Assembly: GCF_006345805.1 (NCBI RefSeq)
Contig: NC_043005.1
Coordinates: forward strand, 57,288,001 to 57,352,000
Direction of reading: 5' to 3'
DNA length: 64,000 nt
DNA from: Octopus sinensis
Taxonomy: Eukaryota
Position numbers and translations under genes: made by a program. This document shows positions 1-12,100 of the stretch, in pieces. How positions within the stretch are numbered: the stretch's first letter is position 1; each line of letters opens with the position of its first letter. The notes under the pieces are model-generated. The model was given only the letters and a program-made list of their open reading frames with translations, ran no database searches and was not told the DNA's origin.

Positions 1-2030
1 GTCCCTCTCTCTTTTGTGTCGCTGTCCCTCTCTCCTTTGTGTCTCTGTCCCTCTCTCCTTTGTGTCTCTGTCCGTCTCTCCTTTGTGTCTCTGTCCCCCT
101 CTCTTTTGTGTCTCTGTCCCCCTCTCTTTTGTGTCTCTGTCTCTCTCTCTTTTGTGTCTCTGGTCCCCTCTTTTGTGTCTCTGTCCCTCTCTCTTTTGTG
201 TCTCTGTCCCCCTCTCTTTTGTGTCCCTGTTCCTCTCTCTTTTGTGTCCCTGTTCCTCTCTCTTTTGTGTCCCTGTTCCTCTCTCTTTTAGTCTCTGTCT
301 CTCTCTCTTTTGTGTCTATGTTCCTCTCTCTTTTGTGTAGCTGTTCCTCTCTCTTTTGTGTAGCTGTCCCTCTCTCTTTTGTGTCTCTGCCCCTCTCTCT
401 TTTGTGTCGCTGTTCCTCTCTCTTTTGTATCGCTGTTCCTCTCTCTTTTGTGTCGCTGTCCCTCTCTCTTCTGTGTCGCTGTTCCTCTCTCTTTTGTGTC
501 CCTGTCCCTCTCGTTTTTGTTTCTGTCCCCCTCCCTTCTGTGTCTCTGTCCCACTCGCTTTTGTGTCTCTGCCCCTCTCTCTTTTGTGTCTCTGCCCCTC
601 TCTCTTTTGTGTCTCTGTCCCCCTCTCTTTTGTGTCTCTGTTCCTCTCTCTTTTGTGTTTGTGTCCCTGTCCATCTCTCTTTTGTGTCCCTGTCCCTCTC
701 TCTTTTGTGTCCCTGTCCCCCTCTCTTGTGTCGCTGACCCCTCCTTTTGTGTCCCTGTTACTCTCTCTTTTATGTCCCTGTTTCTCTCTCTTTTATGTCT
801 CCCCCTCTCTCTTTTGTGTCTCTGTCCCTCTCTCTTTTGTGTCTCTGTCCCTCTCTCTTTTGTGTCTCTGTCCCTCCCTCTTTTGTGTCGCTGTCCCCCT
901 CTCTTTTGTGTCTCTGTCCCTCTCTCTTTTGTGTCTCTGTCCCTCTCTCTTTTGTGTCCCTGTCCCTCTCTCTTTTGTGTCTCTGTCCCTCTCTCTTTTG
1001 TGTCTCTGCCCCTCTCTCTTTTGTGTCTCTGTCCCTGTCTCTTTTGTGTCTCTGTCCTCTCTCTTTTTGTCTCTGTCCCTCCCTCTTTTGTGTCCCTGTC
1101 CCCCTCTCTTTTGTGTCCCTGTTCCTCTCTCTTTTGTGTCCCTGTTCCTCTCTCTTTTGTGTCTCTGTCCCTCTCTCTTTTGTGTCTCTGTCCCTCTCTT
1201 TTGCGTCTCTGTCCCTCTCTCTTTTGCGTCTCTGTCCCTCTCTCTTTTGTGTCTCTGTCCCCCTCTCTCTTTTGTGTTCTGTCCCTCTCTCTTTTGTGTC
1301 TCTGTCCCTCTATCTTTTGTGTCTCTGTCCCTCTATTTTTTGTGTCTCTGTCCCTCTCTCTCTCTCTCTTTTGTGTCTCTGTCCCTCTCTCTTTTGTGTC
1401 TCTGTCCCTCTCTCTTTTGTGTCTCTGTCCCTCTCTCTTTTGTGTCTCTGTCCCTCTCTCTTTTGTGTCTCTGTCCCTCTCTCTTTTGTGTCTCTGTCCC
1501 TCTCTCTTTTGTGTCTCTGTCCCTCTCTCTTTTGTGTCTCTGTCCCTCTCTCTTTTGTGTCTCTGTCCCTCTCTTTTGTGTCTCTGTCCCTCTCTCTTTT
1601 GTGTCTCTGTCCCTCTCTCTTTTGTGTCTCTGTCCCTCTCTCTTTTGTGTCTCTGTCCCTCTCTCTTTTGTGTCTCTGTCCCTCTCTCTTTTGTGTCTCT
1701 GTCCCTCTCTCTTTTGTGTCTCTGTCCCTCTGTCTTTGTGTCCCTGTTCCTCTCTCTTTTGTGTCCCTGTTCCTCTCTCTTTTGTGTCCCTGTTCCTCTC
1801 TCTTTTGTGTCCCTGTTCCTCTCTCTTTTGTGTCCCTGTTCCTCTCTCTTTTGTGTCTCTGACCCTCTCTCTTTTGTGTCCCTGTCCCTCTCTCTTCTGT
1901 GTCTGTCTCTCTCTTTTGTGTCTGTTCCTCTCTCTTTTGTGTCCCTGTCTCTCTCTCTCTTTTGTGTCCCTATCTCTCTCTCTTTTATGTCTTTGTCCCT
2001 CTCTCTTTTGTGTTTGTCCCCTTCTCTCTC
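1..2030. repeat. 23-bp tandem satellite (GTCCCTCTCTCTTTTGTGTCTCT)n, roughly 85-90 units, runs off the window start
   Basis: The unit is directly readable and most homogeneous at ~1370-1730. The overlapping ORFs repeat a 23-aa peptide (3 x 23 nt). The + strand has almost no A. Confidence 0.97.
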
Positions 2031-2804
2031 TCATATAACATTTCACCTTTTTTCTTTTCTGTATCATATATCACTATTTTATATATCTTTTCTTCATCGT
2101 GCCATGTGTGTGTGTGTGTTATATATCTTTTCTTCATCGTGCCATGTGTGTGTGTGTGTGTGATCTAGGGCATGTGTAACCAGCCGACCAAAGCCTTGTG
2201 AGGGGATGTTTGACAAAAATTTGATATACGCCTTGCTTCAACATCTCTCCGGCATTCGTATAGAAGTGTAGCTATCATGCAAGATGTATCTTCCTTCGTT
2301 TCTAGTCTTCCGTGGAACATCTGAGCTCGTGGAAATATTACTTTGCTCGAGGGTGAGGGTTGGCGACTGGAAGAGCATCGGACATTAGCAAATCTGCCTC
2401 TCCGAATTCTATCTGATCCCCTGCAAGCATAGAGAAGTGGATGCTAAAATGATGACGACGACGATGGTGATGATTACTCTAAGCAGTTATTTGATGCGCT
2501 AGTAATAGCGGCAGAATCCTTAAATCACATTCTGTATCCTATTTAAAAAAAAAAATCTAAAACAAACAAAAGACAAAACTCATTGATTAATATACTCTTA
2601 GCTAAACGAACATGAGATTGTAAGAAGTGAAGCACCTTTGATTACAGGTCTTTCCAAGTAAGGTTGGCCTAGGTTAAACAAGACTTGGTAAGTGCTTTTC
2701 ATATCCTTCAGACTTGTACATATTTAAAATGCTTCCCTTGTAGCCATTTTTTTCTCTCTAAAATCTTAGTTAATTTCCTAAGCTGTAAATCTGCTCTCAT
2801 CAAA

Positions 2805-2960
2805 ATAATAATATAATAATCCTTTCTACTCTAAGGCCTGAGATTTTGTGGGAGGGAGCTGGTTGATTATTTCGTCCCTAGTTCTCGACTGGTATTTCTT
2901 CTATTTTATCAACTCCAAAAAGATGAAAGGCAAAGTGGAACACAACGGATTTTGAACTGA
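2805..2960 (-). mobile_element. tRNA-headed SINE family D (central AAAGGATGAAAGGCAAAGTCGACCTC domain, (ATT)n tail), degenerate copy
   Basis: The same motif recurs at ~3545-3770 (+), 8400-8570 (-), 12545-12690 (+), 17700-17880 (-), 19290-19480 (-) and 22645-22830 (+). It has a B-box-like GAGTTCAAAT(C/T)C. Confidence 0.7.
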
Positions 2961-3175
2961 GTGAAAGAGCTAGAGACACACTTGACTACTAACATTGGCA
3001 TAAAGCCACAAATTTTAAGGTTGGGTGCAGTCAGACAGTACTGGAATCCTCATTTATTTTATTGACAACTGAAGGATGAAAGATAAAGTTGATCGCTGTG
3101 TTATTTTTAGTGTATTTTTAGTTTTGTTGTTATAAGTCTTTAAGTTATTGGAACTGAGAGCATAATATATACATA

Positions 3176-3211
<36 letters not shown>

Positions 3212-4084
3212 ATCCTTTGCGTCCTGTTTTTCATTTATTTCATTTGATACATATATCCTATCACCTATGCCACTAGCTGGCATATACAGGTGCTTACATT
3301 TATCAAGTATTCACCCTGAATTTATTGTACCTAACTCACCTACGTTGTCACTTGGACCGGATCCTATATGAAAAAAGATATAACTAAATCCCATTAGGCA
3401 ATATTTTTCGACAGTTTAATCCCCATTTACTATCTTAATCCTTTTGTGAACATATTTATTTTGCCACACACTCCCTATTTTCCAATTAATTTTGAAAATG
3501 TTCCAAGTTAGTCAAATAACTTTTGTCATTGAGCTTAATGGTAAGGCGATGAGCCAGAGGAATTGTAAGCCACATCAGACAAAATGCTTAGTGTCATTTC
3601 TTCCAGCTTGGCATTTTGAGTTCAAATCCCACCAAGGTCGACTTTGCGTTTCATCCATACGCGGTCGATAAAACAAGTACCAATTGATCTCTGGGGGAAA
3701 TGTAATCAACTAGCGCCCCCTCCACCCCAAATTCCAGTCCTTATACCTATTGTAAAAAGGAAGTTATTAAGGTGCTGTTTGGAATATGACATGGAATATT
3801 TTAATTTAGAACACTTTAAAATAGAAATTAGGTGTGATCTCAGGCAGGTTGGTATTTAGATGGTTAATCAATATTATCATCATATTTATCTATTAGCGTT
3901 TTATGCATATGGATTGTTGCTGTTCAATAAGGCTGCAAACTCTTGAGGGTGATTCCACTTATTGGTTTTATTATTCCACCTGAATGACATCAAAGCAGAA
4001 TTTTGAACTCAGTTGACCTGCTAGATATAGCAGCTAAATCTGTGAAATAACCATCACCAGTTGTGAAGCAGTGGTGGAGGACGT

Positions 4085-4336
4085 GTGAGTGTGTGGCACG
4101 TAAAAAGCCCCATCCGAACATGGTTGATGCTAGCCTCCTTCTGGCCCCTGTGCCGGTGGCATGTAAAAAGCACTCACTACACTCTCGGACTGGTTGGCGT
4201 TAGGAAAGGCATCCGTCTGTAGAAACACTGCCAGATCAGATTGGAGCCTGGTGCAGCCTCCTGGCTTCCCAGACCCCAGTCGAACCATCCAACCCATGCC
4301 AGCATAGAAAACAGACGTTAAACAATGATGATGATA
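4085..4336 (+). mobile_element. RTE 3'-end-derived interspersed repeat (family C; GGCGTTAGGAAGGGCATCC...CCAACCCATGC...GTTAAATGATGATG)
   Basis: Matches the 3' terminus of the RTE LINE at 27378-27540 (-). Other copies at ~2350-2480, 16935-17045, 39690-39955, 42235-42528 and 51470-51690. Confidence 0.85.
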
Positions 4337-5057
4337 TATCTATCTATCTATCTATATATATATATAAATGCACACATCTGCACACAATAGGCCTCTTTTA
4401 GTTTCCTCTCACAAAACTTTTGTTAGCCTGGGGCTATAATAGAGGATACTTGCCCAAAGTGCCATGTGGCAGGGCTGAACATAAAGCCAAGTTGTTGGGA
4501 AGCAAACTTCTTACTGTGCAGTCACTCCAAAAAAACTCAAAATAGTTCTAGATTTCGGTTTTAGTCAAGTAGTTTTTGTGAACATAGCCAATTTGCCTTC
4601 TATTCCAGTGCTACTCAAAGTGGTGGTCTGCAGGCCATCTACTGCTGGTGCGCTGCGAGTTTCCAGAAAAGAAAGAAACATTATAAAATGCTAATGTAAT
4701 ATTGTATTATTTGTTTGCAAAATAAATATAAGATAGGAGAAAACTCTGAACTTTTATTATATTCATTATATATATTGTTTCCAGTATAAAGTAATTTTAC
4801 TAAGAAGTATTACCAGTCCCTGGCACATTGGAAAAGAGAAATCTGCGGGTATGCCTCATCGAGAAGTGTTTTCCCACTTCAATATTTAAAAAAAAAAAAA
4901 AAAAGTGCAAGTAAATATTGATTCATGTATTTCTGAATCTCCTAAGCATTATTGAATACCTTTCAAAAGAACAGAAAATGAGTCTATTGATTATCATAAG
5001 TGTGAACTGGGTTCAGTTTTGAAAGTAAAGGTGTCTGTTAGGTATTCTTTTCATTCT

Positions 5058-5408
5058 TTCTTTTACTTATTTCAGTCATTAGACTGCAGTTATACTAGGG
5101 CAGCACCTTCAAGGGTTTTAGTTGAACAAATCAACCCCCAATTTATCATTTATTTTTTTAACTAAATTTGGTACTTATTCTATCGGTAAGCAAACCAACA
5201 CAAGTTGTCATGTGGTATGTGTGTGTCACACACACACACATCTATATAATATGGGCTTCAACAGTTTCCATCAACCAAATTCACTCACAATGTATTGGTT
5301 GGCCTGGGGCTGTAGTAGACACACTTGCCCAAGGTACTGTGCAATAGGACTGAACCTGAAACCATGTGGCTACAAAGTGAGCTTGTTAACCACACAGCCG
5401 TGCCTGTG
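5058..5408 (-). mobile_element. tRNA-derived SINE family A copy (CORE-like CCTTGGGCAAGTGTC segment)
   Basis: Homologous to the well-preserved copy at 25908-26337. Confidence 0.85.
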
Positions 5409-6524
5409 ACTAGAAATGTAACTTTACCGTGAGTTTTTTTCATTTCTTTTTTTTTTTTTTTTTTTTTTTTGATAGAAAACTAAATTAGTATTCAGTTTTT
5501 TTTAATCTGAACTGGCCTTCAAATCTGATGTTATAAAAATAATTTCTAAAATAAGAATATTCTGTTTTTCTTACAGCTGGCATGTAACTATAAAGAAATA
5601 TGGAAAAGATGTGCAAATTATTCAATTATTTTCAACAGCTGGACAAGTTACTTGAGGCTAAAACTTTCACCAAATCACTTTAGAAATCTCAGCAGGGTGA
5701 TCTTTCATAATTCTGACTGTAAATAAACCTCAAAAGTAAATAAAAACAAAAACCAGTACAGTGGAATAAAACACCAAACATGAATATCTTTTCTCGTGAA
5801 AAATTAAGCAATAATGCTTTGTATAGGTATCTATCATCTTCTATCTATACTATAATGTAGAAAGTTGCTTATTAGTTAGCTATCTAACAATTACTAAAAG
5901 TACTAAAAGAAAGCAATTAATAAAGGGTTGACTGTCTGGAAATATTTTTTATAAATTCATGTTTTAAGAAATTTCCTATAATTTCTATTTCTCAAGTTTA
6001 TGTTAAATGATGATGGTGATAGTGAGTGTGTGTGTGTCTTTGTGTTTGTCGACAACTGCTGTTGACTTGTTTATGCCTCCATAACTTCATGCCTAAGCTA
6101 AAGATTCTAACAGAATAATTGCTGGTATCAATTTGTTTGACTAAATCCTTCAGGTTGGCGCCTCGGCGTGACTGCAGTCCAATAACTGAAACAAGTAAAA
6201 GATAAAAGTTATAATTTAACTATACACTTATGTACAGACACCTAAATTGTACCATATCTTACATATTATATACCCTAATAAATAATGGGGTACTTTAATT
6301 TTTTGTTCATTTAATCAACACATTCCACCCATATATCAGATGTCATAGTTTGGAGAATTCTGCATCCTAAAAGAGGACGATGACTACTTAATGGCATACA
6401 TGTTGTTGGCAGGCACACACAAGACATGAAAATGAGAATGCCGTTCCCAACATAGCCATTATCGTTTTTATTCCTTGTGTCTTTGAAAGTATAGAGTCAG
6501 TAGTTGATTTGTTGATAAGGAATG

Positions 6525-6915
6525 ATATAGTTAAGTTAATTCTTTGGCTCAAAAAGCAAAAAGCAAGGCCATGTTGGGGGACATGGAGTTATGTACAGGG
6601 AGGGTGTTCATGCAAAGAGTTCAAGCCATTTCTGGTCAAGAGAGACTTAGAACTGAGCGGTCGTCGGCCTCTTCACTATCTCGTCAGGCAGCTTATTCCA
6701 CGGATCTGCAACCCGGACCGAGAAAGCTCCTCTCCTTTGATTGAGATGAAATCGTCGCAGATAGAGCTTTTCGGTGTGACCCCGCAGCCGACGCTCTGGA
6801 GCAGGAGTGAAGAACAGTTCTTTCGAGAGGTTACACTTTCCGCTTATGATGTTATGAGCAAGAATGAGATCACCATGGCGTCGTCGTTCACCGTTTGTTG
6901 TTCAGCATCTTTATA
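6525..6915 (-). mobile_element. CR1-clade LINE 3' fragment
   Basis: The minus strand translates to ERRRHGDLILAHNII...RRLRGHTEKLYLRR...RRGAFSVRVADPWNKLPDEIV, the typical CR1 ORF2 C-terminus. It is followed by a short UTR and AACTT-type tail repeats. Confidence 0.9.
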
Positions 6916-7243
6916 AACAGAATGTAAACATGTAAACTACATATGCATACACACACTGACATGTATATCTTTTATGTTTTTTCAGTCATTAGACTGTGGC
7001 CAGGTTGGGGTTACCAATCTGAAGGGTTTTAGTTGAACTGATCAACCCCAGAATTTCCTTTATTTTTTGTTTCCCCAAGTTTGGTACTCATTCTCTGTCT
7101 ATTTTGCTGAACCACTATGTTATGGGGGAGAGTGGGGGCTGTAAACAAAGTAACACCAGTTGTCAAGCAGTTGGTAGTGGTGGTGGACACTCAAACACAG
7201 ACATGTACACACATGCACACACACACATGTAAATACAGAGACA

Positions 7244-7317
7244 CATGAGCATTATACTAATACATCTGTTTGTTGTCTACACCACCTGTCTTCGTCTTTT
7301 GTTTTTTTGTGAATTCT

Positions 7318-7320
<3 letters not shown>
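7244..7320 (+). mobile_element. 3' part of Penelope-like pLTR repeat ending in (TA)n
   Basis: ATACTAATACATCTGTTTG...ACACCACCTGTCTTC matches the reverse complement of 14480-14560 and 42020-42095. Confidence 0.7.
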
Positions 7321-7356
<36 letters not shown>

Positions 7357-7358
<2 letters not shown>

Positions 7359-7718
7359 CGTAGCTGTGTGGTAAGAAGCTTGCTTCCCAACTGCATGGTT
7401 CTGGGTTCAGTCCCACTGTGTGGCACCTTGGGCAAGTGTCTTCTACTATAACCTTGGGTCAGCCAAACACTTGTGAGTGGATCTGGTTGAGAAAAACTGA
7501 AAGAATCCCGTCATGTGTGTGTCTGTGTTTGTCTCCCCTCCCACCATCGCTTGACAACTGATGTTAGTATGTTTACATCTCCATAACTTAGTGGTTCAGC
7601 AAAAGAGCCCAATAGAATAAGTACTAGGCTTACAAAGAGTAATTCCTGGGGTTGATTTCTTTGACTAAAGGCAGTGCTTCAGCATGGCCACCGTCAAATG
7701 ACTGAAACAAATAAAAGA
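7357..7718 (+). mobile_element. SINE family A, full length
   Basis: Head GCTGTGTGGTAAGAAGCTTGCTTCCCAAC...GGTTCAGTCCC (A/B-box-like) and tail CAGCATGGCC...GACTGAAACAAATAAAAGA. Confidence 0.9.
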
Positions 7719-9078
7719 CTATATACACACACACCTATATATACACATATACGCAATGGGTTTCCACCCAGTCTCTATCTATCAAATTCACTCATAAGCC
7801 ATTGGTTGGCCTAGGGTTACATGTAAAAGACACTAACCCAAGATGCCATGCAGTAGGAGCAAACCCACAAGTATGTGGTTTCAAAGTGAACTTCTTAAAC
7901 ACACAACCATGCCTGCACCTATATGCTGGCTAATTGTTCCACAAAAGACCTGAAAAATACAATAAATCAAGGTTATGTTGGCTGATTCTTTTTCCATTTT
8001 CCATACATGATATTCATTAATTCTGTTATAATTATATAATTTGACCTCAGCAGTAAGGATATATATTTTCATTTAATCTATGCTGTATGTCTCATAATTA
8101 ATGTAAGCTTTTCAACCTTGTAGCTTTATGGAAATGAGTTGTGACATTCGCAATCTTGTTTTTTTTTTTTTTAACTTTCTACGACTTTTTCAACATCTTG
8201 GAAAATTAAATGAACGGTGATGAATGAGAAGAATGATAAATCAAATTCGATCCATCTTCGTTTCAAATTATCAAAAAGCCCTGTGGTCTACCCATCAGGT
8301 TCCAATGACTAAAGCATTGAATGTACGTAAAGAACAAAATAACCTTGTTGAAACATTTGCCTTCAGATTTTATTTCAGAAACTGACTTAATATTTAAAGA
8401 GCTATTATAATCTTTTCTACTCTGGGCACAAGACCTAAAATTTTGGGGGAGGAGGCCAGTCGATTAGATCAACCCCGGTACACAACTAGTACTTAATTTG
8501 TTGACCCTGAAAGGATAAGTCGACCTTGACGGAATTTGAACTCAGAATGTAAAGACAGACATAAAGAGCTATTATAATGAAGTGTGTGTATGCACATACA
8601 AATACATATAATCTCAGTCAAAGAGATCTGTATCTATATAGGTATATCTGTGTCTCTATCTCTATATCTGCCTGTCTACTTGTATCTATCTGAACACCTA
8701 AATGTCTATTTTTATCTTGTCTCTTTCACTTGTTTCAGTCATTAGACTGCTACCATGCTGGGGTACTCTGCCTTGAAGAATTTTAGTTGAACCAAACACC
8801 CCCAGTATTTATTTTAAATAATTATATATTTTTTTTAAAGCCTTCCACTTATTTTATTGACCTCTATTGCTGAACTGCTAAGTCATGGGTTGTAAATACA
8901 CCAGCACCAGCCAGTTGTCAAGCGATGTTGGACACACACAGATGTATATTGTCATCATCTAATGTCTGTCTCCCATGTTGTCATCGGTTGGATGGTTTGA
9001 CATGAGTTGCTAAGCCAGAGGACTGGACCAAGCTCCACTGTCTACTTTGGCACTGCCCTTTGACGTGCCAGTTCCTGT

Positions 9079-9114
<36 letters not shown>

Positions 9115-12100
9115 CTGTATGCTAATCCAATTCACAAGGCTTTTGTCAGCCTGAGACTATAATTGAAAAACACTTGCCCAAGGTGCCAGGCAGTGGGACT
9201 GAACCTGAAACCATGTGGTTGGTAAGCAAACTTCTTACCACTCGGCCATGTTTGTACCTGTATATTTATATATTTGTTATAATCTACACATTTCTCTTGA
9301 CCTGCTAACAACCAAATCTTAAAAAGAAAAGGGATACATAATCTTAGGTACAATGCTGGAATGGCTGATGAGGTGGTCATTTGTCAGTTCAGTCTGTTAT
9401 GTCAGGATTTACCTAGGGTTGAGCAGTTGACTTTGCAGCTATGTCTTTGGTTTGATCTCACTGCATGGCACCTTAGTCAAGTGTCTCTGTTCTACCATAT
9501 CCTCGGGTTAACATAAGCCTTGTGAGTAGTATCTGCTAGACAGAAACTGTGTTGAAGCTTGCCCAAAGCGGTGTTTCTGTACTGGAGTGGCATAAACTTA
9601 ATTTGTCCTTCGCTTTAATATCACCACCTGGTACTTCAGTGCATTTAGCAGCAGAGATTGCGCTCTTGTTAGTATAGAAGCTAGGTCTCTGGTTTGAGGA
9701 GAACTTCTATCAATCTTGGAGGTTCTCTAAAGTATGAGGGGTACTACTTTTCTTCTTTTGATCATACCATTAAAAACAAGAACACCATCAACAGCGAGAT
9801 AATGTGAAGCTTCTAGACAGTCTACATATCATTGTGTGTGTGTGTGTGTGTGTGTATGTGTGCACACGTGCGCTTCTATATAATCTATGTATCTGTGTGT
9901 GTGTGTTTCTATACAATCTGTGTGTTTGTGTGTGCTTCTATACAATCTATGTATTTGTGTGTGTGGTGCTATCCCTGTTTCAGATATCTTAGCAACATTG
10001 CAATGTGTTTGTTATTTGAGCTTTATGCATCCGCAGGCTTGACTAGGAAGCCATCTGGGGGATGCATTTTTTGACAATGTGAGGTCACCATGAAGGCTCA
10101 TCAGATTTTCTGTGGCCTTATTTTTGTCTCATATATGGGGAAAGGAGCAGGATAAGGCTGCTTCCTTAATATTGCAAACCCTGTTGAATAAGTGCAGGTC
10201 CTGTGTTAGGGTAGATTCTTCTTCTCTTGCTCTGTTTTCTTCTCTCTTCTGCAAATCAGCTGTGGCTGGATCTGGAGAGGTACAAGTTATGCCAGGTTTT
10301 AAAAACTATCTAGGATACACCCTTTCATAACAGCATCCTAAAAAACTATCTAGGAGTTGAGGGCCCAATCAAAAACATATCACCATCATTTTCACATCTG
10401 TTTTTCCATTCTTAGTCAGCATTTCTTTGGCCAGATAACCTTCTTGTTGCCAACCCTCACCTCTTTACAAGCAAGATATATACTCATGGCATGTTTTCAC
10501 AGAATATGAGAAATGAATGACACTGCTTGTATGACAGTGACACTCATTTACAACTATTACACACTGTCACGGCAAGGAGACAAACATACACATTCACACC
10601 CACACACACATATATATAAATCTCCTCACAAGGCTTTGATTGGCCTGGGTCTATAGTAGAAGGCGCTTGCCCAAGGTGCCATGCATTGGGACTGAACTTG
10701 AAACCTTGTGATTGGAAAGTAAACTTCTTGACCACACAGCTATTCTTGTCCTATAAATAATTATAATGATTTAATACTATCTATCTATCTGTCTGTCTGT
10801 CTATCTATCTGTTTATTTATCTGTCTGTCTGTCTATCTGTTTATCTGTCTGTCTATCTGTTTATCTGTCTATCTATCTGTTTATCTATCTGTCTGTCTGT
10901 CTATCATTTTAGATATATATGCATGTATGCACATACATGATGGGCTTTTGCATATTTTCTGTCTTCCAAACTCCATTTGCTGTTGTCAAGCAAACTTCAT
11001 AACCAAACAGCTATGCCTGCATATAGTAGTATCTGCTAATTTCTGAATGCTGAAAGTCTCTTTAGAACTATGAGATTGCCTTCTGCAGCAGTAGTTGTTA
11101 TCAGCCTTATTTATTTGGCAACAACGCTGGCCAGATGAATATTGCTTTGTTGCAAGTAGAGCGCCAACATCTAATAGGTTTAGTTGTTAAGGAAACAGCT
11201 TACAACACCAAGATTGGTTCCTCTTGCAACTATGATGTGAAACTACACTAGATTGTCTCAAGTAGATGGTCTGAAGCGAATAAATTGCATTGCCTAACAC
11301 AACAAGCAATTCTGTGATGATTATGATAAGGTTTAAGCATGTAGCTGAAGTAGTTTATTTTTGTTTTATGTTAATGATACAAGACTTCACCCAGTTACTT
11401 ATTGCTATCATACTTCTGTGCTGGAGGGCCAAATTCTAGTCTGATTCTTGTCTGACAGTGCCCTTCCTTCTTTTCTCTAGAATAAGAAACAGCAAAAATG
11501 TTTGCCATAGGTGCAGGTGTGGCTGTGTGGTAAGAAGCTTGCTTCCCAACCACATGGTTCTGGGTTCAGACTTGAGTATGGAAGTCCATGTGCATCGATA
11601 CCTGTAGGTATGCCAGAGAGAGAATGAGAGAGAGAGAGAGTACATAAGTGTTCTAAGTTTAATTATGGCAGTGGTTGTGAGGGTCAAATGTTCTTTCATT
11701 TCCAGGGCTTATATAAACATTCATGTTTAAGTAAATTGCTGGGGTTGACGCCATCTGTAATAACCCTTATAATTTTAGGGGGTGGGGTGGGGGGGGCAGG
11801 GAACCTGGAAGATTAACAGTTTAGTACACCTTCCCCCACATTTTTTTTTTTTTTTTTTGTTAATCTGTTTTCTTTAACCAATACATCCTTCCAGTCTATG
11901 TCTGGCTTCCTGGTAAAATTTTCTTACAAGCAGAACATCCTACCTTTTTAATGCTCTCTCTCTCTCTCTCTCTCTGTCAAACAGTTCATGCTGCTCCTTA
12001 AACTCCTTGACTGACACATTTCTTTTAAGAATTAAACTCAACCCATAAAAGAAGACCAGCTGTGTTCAGGTTTTTTTTTTTCTTCTTTTGTTTAATTTCT

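Noticed and set aside
2083-2162. Local duplication of TATATCTTTTCTTCATCGTGCCAT(GT)n
   Set aside because: A simple slippage-type duplication next to the satellite edge, with no evidence of function.
14-2168. Long ORFs up to 594 aa (Cys/Leu/Ser-rich on +, Arg/Glu/Lys-rich on -)
   Set aside because: Stop codons need A, and the 23-bp satellite strand has almost none, so these are translations of a tandem repeat.
6509-6916. 135-aa + strand ORF
   Set aside because: It is the antisense frame of a CR1 LINE fragment whose real frame is on the minus strand.
7357-7430. tRNA genes at SINE heads (also 20415, 24216, 57752)
   Set aside because: They have A/B-box-like motifs but no complete cloverleaf, and they continue into SINE bodies.
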